DNA of 31,782 nt from positions 1 to 31,782 of the forward strand of contig JBHICG010000038.1 of NCBI GenBank assembly GCA_046759445.1. The letters run 5' to 3'. A model generated the notes under the pieces. The model was given only the letters and a program-made list of their open reading frames with translations, was not told where the DNA came from and made no database searches. Positions 26,837-31,782 of this stretch are shown piece by piece (positions within the stretch are counted from its first letter, which is position 1; the number at the start of each line of letters is the position of its first letter). The DNA is from Candidatus Scalinduaceae bacterium (GTDB lineage Bacteria; Planctomycetota; Brocadiia; Brocadiales; Scalinduaceae). Made by a program: the position numbers and the translations under genes.

Positions 26837-26891
26837 ATTTTATTACCTTTCTATGTTGGTGAAAAACTTTGTAATAAATTATCTACAATGT

Positions 26892-26919
26892 TGTCATTTC
26901 TGCTTTTGTAGGAATGACA
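26892..26919. repeat. Short GTCA palindrome
   Basis: TGTCATTTCTGCTTTTGTAGGAATGACA imperfect hairpin between ilvN and ilvC. Confidence 0.55.
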
Positions 26920-27014
26920 GATAGTGATGATTTACAGCCAGAGTTATCCTAATACATTAAAAGGAAAAATTCTCAAAGTTGTAAACGTTAAATTATCAAT
27001 CAAAGTAAGCCAGC

Positions 27015-27494
27015 TCACTTTGGTCCACGGTTCATGGCAATTCTACCCGTTCGTGCAACCTCCTTTATGCCATACGGCCTGAGCAGGTTTAACATTGCTT
27101 CCAGCCTGTCCTCAGGGCCTGATATTTCTATAACCATATCTTTTTGGCCGACGTCTATAATCTTCCCTCTAAAGACATCTACAAGTTCTACGATTTCGCC
27201 TCTTTTTCCTGGTATTGCGCTTACCTTAATAAGCATCAGATCACGCTCAACATAATCCGTTCCCGTAAAGTCTGTTACCTTAATCGTATCTATTACTTTA
27301 CCCAATTGTTTTCTAACCTGTTCAAGTATTGAGTCATCACCACTAACGACAATAGTCATTCTGGACACAGCCATATTTTCAGTTTCTCCAACGGCAAGGC
27401 TTTCTATATTAAAGCCTCTGCCACTGAATAAACCAGTGATGCGCGACAGAACACCAACTTTATTTTCGACTAAAACAGATATTACGTGTTTCAT
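27015..27494 (-). CDS. ilvN: Acetolactate synthase small (regulatory) subunit
   Basis: VLVENKVGVLSRITGLFSGRGFNIESLAVG, ERDLMLIKV, EVARTG. Confidence 0.96.
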   Translation of the reverse strand: MKHVISVLVENKVGVLSRITGLFSGRGFNIESLAVGETENMAVSRMTIVVSGDDSILEQVRKQLGKVIDTIKVTDFTGTDYVERDLMLIKVSAIPGKRGEIVELVDVFRGKIIDVGQKDMVIEISGPEDRLEAMLNLLRPYGIKEVARTGRIAMNRGPK

Positions 27495-27566
27495 AATACG
27501 ATTAGCTCCTTTCAGCCCAACCTTGCTTTTTGGCCTGGTAGACCTAAAAAATCAGCAAACGTAAAC

Positions 27567-28751
27567 TCAGCTCTGCTGAGCAGCCTTTATGGCGGCGTTG
27601 TAGACCAGTCTTAGTGGCAGACCTCTTGTATCTGCAATTTTTTTACAATCCTCGTGTTCGGGGGCAATGTTTTTAATACTTCCGTTAAGCATACCAACCT
27701 TTACTTTTATCATGCCGAATTCAGTTTGCACATCAATCAGTTTCCTTTTGAGCTTCTTGCGATTTGTCTTGTATTTCCTGATACCAAATGTTGTAGATTG
27801 ATTGAATATGACATCTTCTACCTTTGGCAGGTTTGCTTCATCTACAATGATGCTGATGAGTGTTCCGGGACGAGATTTTTTCATTTGGACCGGCGTTAAG
27901 TATCCATCCAATGCGCCAGCCTCCATGACCTTTTCGAGCAAGTAACCAAGATGTTCTCCAGGCATATCATCAATATTTGATTCCACTATCCATACCTCAT
28001 CTTGTTCACCTACCGAGATTGTCTCACCAATCATCACCCTGAGTAGATTGGGAATTAAGGGGTTTTTATAACTCCCTGCACCATACCCGATTTGTGATAA
28101 CATAATTTCAGGACACATTTGCACGTTTTCTCCCAATGTGGTTAGAATGGCAGCCCCTGTGGGAGTTATAAGCTCATGTTGTATGTTCGTGCCTATTATG
28201 TGACAGCCTTTTAGGAGTTCAACGGTTGCTGGCGCCGGAATTGGGAACTGTCCGTCGTGACATTTTACAAATCCAGTACCCACCCTTATAGGTGAAAAAT
28301 ATATCTTCTCAATCTTTAAGTCATGAATGGCGATTATGGCTCCAACTATGTCTACAATAGAGTCAATGGCTCCAACTTCATGAAAATGAACCTCATCCGG
28401 TGATGAGTTATGTGCCTTTGCCTCTGCCTTCGCCAAATTTTCAAAGATTCTAATGCTATCTCTTTTTATGTCTACGCTTAATGTGCTTCCGTTAATAATC
28501 TGAGAGATATCTTTAAGAGTTCTGTTATGATGGTGTTCATTGTGTATTTTCTCTTTATGGATTAAGACGTCTAATTTTGTCCCCGTTATACTGGAACGAA
28601 GTGTTTTTTCCAAACCAAGTTCATAGTTTTTTACGTTAAGTTTTTTAAGTTCTTCTTTAAGATTGTCCAGACTAAATCCGGCATCTATCAGGGCTCCCAG
28701 AATCATATCACCGCTGGCGCCGGAGAAACAATCAAAATACGCTATCTTCAT
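27567..28751 (-). CDS. larC: Nickel pincer cofactor biosynthesis protein LarC (nickel insertase)
   Basis: DCFSGASGDMILGAL, short His-rich stretch, VHFHEVGAIDSIVDI, PAPAT, TPTGAA, NIDD, MKKSRPG. SD AAAGGA favours the ATG at 28751. Confidence 0.93.
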   Translation of the reverse strand: MKIAYFDCFSGASGDMILGALIDAGFSLDNLKEELKKLNVKNYELGLEKTLRSSITGTKLDVLIHKEKIHNEHHHNRTLKDISQIINGSTLSVDIKRDSIRIFENLAKAEAKAHNSSPDEVHFHEVGAIDSIVDIVGAIIAIHDLKIEKIYFSPIRVGTGFVKCHDGQFPIPAPATVELLKGCHIIGTNIQHELITPTGAAILTTLGENVQMCPEIMLSQIGYGAGSYKNPLIPNLLRVMIGETISVGEQDEVWIVESNIDDMPGEHLGYLLEKVMEAGALDGYLTPVQMKKSRPGTLISIIVDEANLPKVEDVIFNQSTTFGIRKYKTNRKKLKRKLIDVQTEFGMIKVKVGMLNGSIKNIAPEHEDCKKIADTRGLPLRLVYNAAIKAAQQS

Positions 28752-28906
28752 GGACATCCTTTATTCGCAATTGCTCAATATCAAATAGAATTCTACTTTT
28801 CAAAACATTACAAGTTCTTTTGTTGTATAAAGTTATTGAAATAACCAATTTAAAAATATTAGCACACACCTTATATAGAGTCAAACAAAAACCAAACCCA
28901 TTTATA

Positions 28907-28934
28907 TTGACATAGCTTATGGGCAACCTATAAT
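28907..28934 (+). promoter_or_regulatory. Consensus sigma70 promoter of the R-M gene
   Basis: TTGACA-N16-TATAAT, about 30 nt before the ATG at 28964. Confidence 0.7.
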
Positions 28935-28963
28935 TATGTCCAAGTTCCTGAGGTTTTTTGCCT

Positions 28964-31782
28964 ATGTTAAAAACATATCTAAAAAGAATATTTGAGGTAG
29001 CAAAGAGAGGCGATGCCACAGAAGAAAGCTATTATTCATGTCTTAAAGAACTACTTGAGAATTATGCTGCTTCTGTAAATAGAAAAAAGACCCACGTTAC
29101 GATAATTCCTAAAAGGACTGAAGCAGGCAACCCAGACTTTAGAATATGGGACGGTAAACAACACATTGTTGGTTATATTGAGGCAAAAGCTCCTACAGTT
29201 GAGCATCTAGATCAAATAGAAACTACAAACCAATTAAAACGCTATCTACATACCTTCCCTAATTTAATACTTACCAACTTCTTTGAATTCAGGCTTTATC
29301 GAAACGGCACGTTGATAGATAAAGTTTTAATAGGTAGACCGTATCATATACACAAACTTAAATCTACGCCTCCGGTAGAAAGGGAAAAAGATTTTTTTAA
29401 ACTCCTTGAAAAATTCTTCTCCTTTAAGCTTCCAAAAACATATACTGCAAAATCTCTTGCCATAGAACTTGCAAAAAGAACACGCTTTTTGAAAGATCAA
29501 GTAGTAGCAGAAGAATTAAAAGAGGAAAGCGAAAAGGAAGAAGGTTTTATCCTGGGATTCTACAAGGCATTTCAGACTCACCTGATTGGCAATCTTACAC
29601 ACGATGATTTTGCTGATTTATATTCACAAACTATTACATATGGCCTTTTTGCTGCAAGAACACGGTCTGAAAACGGTTTTAATCGTAAACTTGCTTTCGA
29701 TAATATTCCTCGCACAATAGGAATCCTAAGAGATGTATTTAGGTTCATTTCACTTGAAGATCTACCCAAACAGATGGAATGGATTGTTGATGATATTGCA
29801 GAAGTCTTAGCTGTTACCAATGTAAATAATATACTTCACAAGTATTATCACGAAGGTAAGGGCAAGGATCCTATCATACACTTTTATGAAACGTTTCTTG
29901 CTGAATATGACCCTAAAGAACGGGAGAAAAGGGGTGTCTATTACACTCCGGAACCTGTAGTTTCATATATTGTTCGTTCAATACAATATCTCTTAAAGCA
30001 AAGATTTGGTAGAGGTGATGGTTTTTCGTCAAGCTCTGTAACTGTGCTTGATCCTGCTGCTGGCACCTTGACCTTTCTCGCCGAGGCAGGCAAACTGGCG
30101 ATTCAAGAATTTATCACAAAATATGGAGAGGCAGGTAAGAAGGACTTGATAAAAGAACACATTCTGAAGAATTTCTATGCCTTTGAGCTTATGATGGCGC
30201 CTTATGCAGTTGGTCATTTGAAGATGTCATTTCTCATAGAGGAGTTTGGATATAAATTACAAGATAGTGATAGGTTTAAGTTATACCTTACAAACACCCT
30301 GGAAATGGAAGATCTTGCGGAATCTGTTTTCCCTGGTATGTCATCATTAGCGGAAGAATCTCATTTAGCAGGGAAAGTTAAGAAACAACAGCCTATCCTA
30401 GTTTTACTCGGAAATCCACCTTATTCGGGTCACTCCTTCAATCCTAGCGAAAAATGGGTGTCTTATACAAATCAGAAAAGTGGTAAAGAAACAAGAAGGA
30501 AGAAAAAAACATGGATAGGAAAGCGTATCGAGGATTACAAAATTGTGGATGGAAAAGAACTTGGAGAGAAAAACCCAAAATGGCTACAGGATGATTATGT
30601 TAAGTTTATTCGTTTTTCGCAGTGGAAAATCGATCAGGCAGGAGAGGGAGTTTTGGGTTTTATTACTAACCATAGCTATCTGGATAATCCTACCTTTAGG
30701 GGTATGCGACAATCTTTGACGAATAGTTTCAATGAGATTTTTATCCTTGATTTACATGGTAACAGCCTCAAGAAAGAGAAATGTCCTGATGATTCTAAGG
30801 ATGAGAATGTTTTTGATATTCAGCAAGGGGTAGCTATCGCCCTCTTTATAAAAAGACTAAATGTAAAAGGAAAATGTAGGGTTTATCATTCTGAGAGATG
30901 GGGCTTAAGAGAAGATAAATACGATTGGCTATTGCAGAATGAAATAGAGACTACAAAGTGGAAGAAGTTGTCACCAAAATCTGAATTTTATTTTTTTATT
31001 CCAAGGGATGAAAAACTATCAAAAATTTATGAGAAGTATCCGAAGATAACAGACATTTTCCCTGTTAAAAGTGTTGGGATAGTCACTGCAAGGGATAAAT
31101 TTGTGATCGATATAAATAAGGATTCCCTAAAAGGACGTATTATGGAGTTTCGCAATAAAACCGTATCCAATGAAATCATTCGAAAAAGCTTTAATTTAAG
31201 GGACAAATCCAACTGGAAGTTAAAAGAAAGAAGAGAAAAGATAATAAATGATAAGAATTGGGAAGAAGCTATTACTAAAATTCTTTACAGGCCCTTTGAT
31301 ACCAGATGGATTTTTTATCATGATGATGTTGTAGAACGTTCACGCAAGGAGGTTATGCAACATATGATGCAGGAAAATATAGGGTTGATTGTCAACAGAC
31401 AAATTCGTATGGAGAAAATCCAACATTCATTGGTTACAGATAAAATTGTAGATTTACATATACTTGAAACAGCACATGCAAGCGCTTATGTCTTTTCCCT
31501 TTATCTCTATCCACAAAGAAATAACCCCGGAAAACGCTCTTTTAGTAGTACTATGATGCTTTTTGAACCAAAAGCAGATTACAATGTAAAAAAACCAAAC
31601 CTCTCTAAGGTGCTACTCAAACAACTTACAACAAATTTTAGAAAAGAACCAATTCCTGAACAAATTTTCTATTATATTTATGCAGTGCTTTATTCAAACA
31701 TTTACCGCACTAAATATGCTGAATTTCTGAAGATAGAGTTCCCGAAGGTTCCATTCACAAAGGATTTTAAACTTTTTCAAAA
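28964..31782 (+). CDS. Single-chain restriction-modification enzyme (PD-(D/E)xK nuclease + N6-adenine methyltransferase + Type ISP/LlaBIII-like specificity domain); truncated at window end
   Basis: Not in the ORF track because there is no stop. Motifs are all in one frame: GNPDF...GYIEAK, GVYYTPEPVV (29933), VLDPAAGT, GNPPYSG (30410), LQDDYVKFIR, YAVLYSNIYRTKYAEFLKIEFP (near 31680). Confidence 0.9.
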   Translation, partial: MLKTYLKRIFEVAKRGDATEESYYSCLKELLENYAASVNRKKTHVTIIPKRTEAGNPDFRIWDGKQHIVGYIEAKAPTVEHLDQIETTNQLKRYLHTFPNLILTNFFEFRLYRNGTLIDKVLIGRPYHIHKLKSTPPVEREKDFFKLLEKFFSFKLPKTYTAKSLAIELAKRTRFLKDQVVAEELKEESEKEEGFILGFYKAFQTHLIGNLTHDDFADLYSQTITYGLFAARTRSENGFNRKLAFDNIPRTIGILRDVFRFISLEDLPKQMEWIVDDIAEVLAVTNVNNILHKYYHEGKGKDPIIHFYETFLAEYDPKEREKRGVYYTPEPVVSYIVRSIQYLLKQRFGRGDGFSSSSVTVLDPAAGTLTFLAEAGKLAIQEFITKYGEAGKKDLIKEHILKNFYAFELMMAPYAVGHLKMSFLIEEFGYKLQDSDRFKLYLTNTLEMEDLAESVFPGMSSLAEESHLAGKVKKQQPILVLLGNPPYSGHSFNPSEKWVSYTNQKSGKETRRKKKTWIGKRIEDYKIVDGKELGEKNPKWLQDDYVKFIRFSQWKIDQAGEGVLGFITNHSYLDNPTFRGMRQSLTNSFNEIFILDLHGNSLKKEKCPDDSKDENVFDIQQGVAIALFIKRLNVKGKCRVYHSERWGLREDKYDWLLQNEIETTKWKKLSPKSEFYFFIPRDEKLSKIYEKYPKITDIFPVKSVGIVTARDKFVIDINKDSLKGRIMEFRNKTVSNEIIRKSFNLRDKSNWKLKERREKIINDKNWEEAITKILYRPFDTRWIFYHDDVVERSRKEVMQHMMQENIGLIVNRQIRMEKIQHSLVTDKIVDLHILETAHASAYVFSLYLYPQRNNPGKRSFSSTMMLFEPKADYNVKKPNLSKVLLKQLTTNFRKEPIPEQIFYYIYAVLYSNIYRTKYAEFLKIEFPKVPFTKDFKLFQ

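Noticed and set aside
28732..29019. 95-aa minus-strand ORF upstream of larC
   Set aside because: Spans the divergent promoter region, overlaps both the larC and R-M starts, and has no motif; likely spurious.
746..31212. Numerous short antisense or alternate-frame ORFs in the provided track
   Set aside because: They overlap well-supported genes and show no recognisable motifs (shadow ORFs).
1..31782. CRISPR array, tRNA or rRNA genes
   Set aside because: No regularly spaced direct repeats with unique spacers, and no cloverleaf or rRNA-like sequence seen.

Overview
Low-GC bacterial chromosomal window. The gene style suggests an anammox-type planctomycete (Brocadiales/Scalindua-like) or a similar anaerobe, but this is inference only. 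Left part (minus strand): the 5' part of an exported multiheme cytochrome c, then a ~11.4 kb signalling cluster. In transcription order it holds a 1752-aa hybrid histidine kinase, a decayed four-helix-bundle gene, a REC-HisKA-HATPase kinase, a single REC protein, a stand-alone CheB methylesterase, an Hpt protein, a REC-GGDEF-HD-GYP protein and an HDOD protein. The most striking feature is the periplasmic sensor of the large kinase, which looks like a NIT (nitrate/nitrite-sensing) domain interrupted by a ~270-aa inserted Cache-type domain. Middle and right: an orphan coiled-coil ORF, pyrB-pyrI, hom plus an apgM-like gene, a solitary clpX, a frameshifted SagB-type nitroreductase, an exported FKBP, a B12-binding radical SAM gene overlapping leuA, ilvC, ilvN (no ilvB), larC, and a truncated Type IIG/ISP-like restriction-modification gene. 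Intergenic spaces carry many small palindromic elements: GTAG-type REPs, GTCA-type nested palindromes, a 148-bp MITE with IS1380-like ends, and heptamer and decamer repeat arms. No rRNA, tRNA or CRISPR array was seen.
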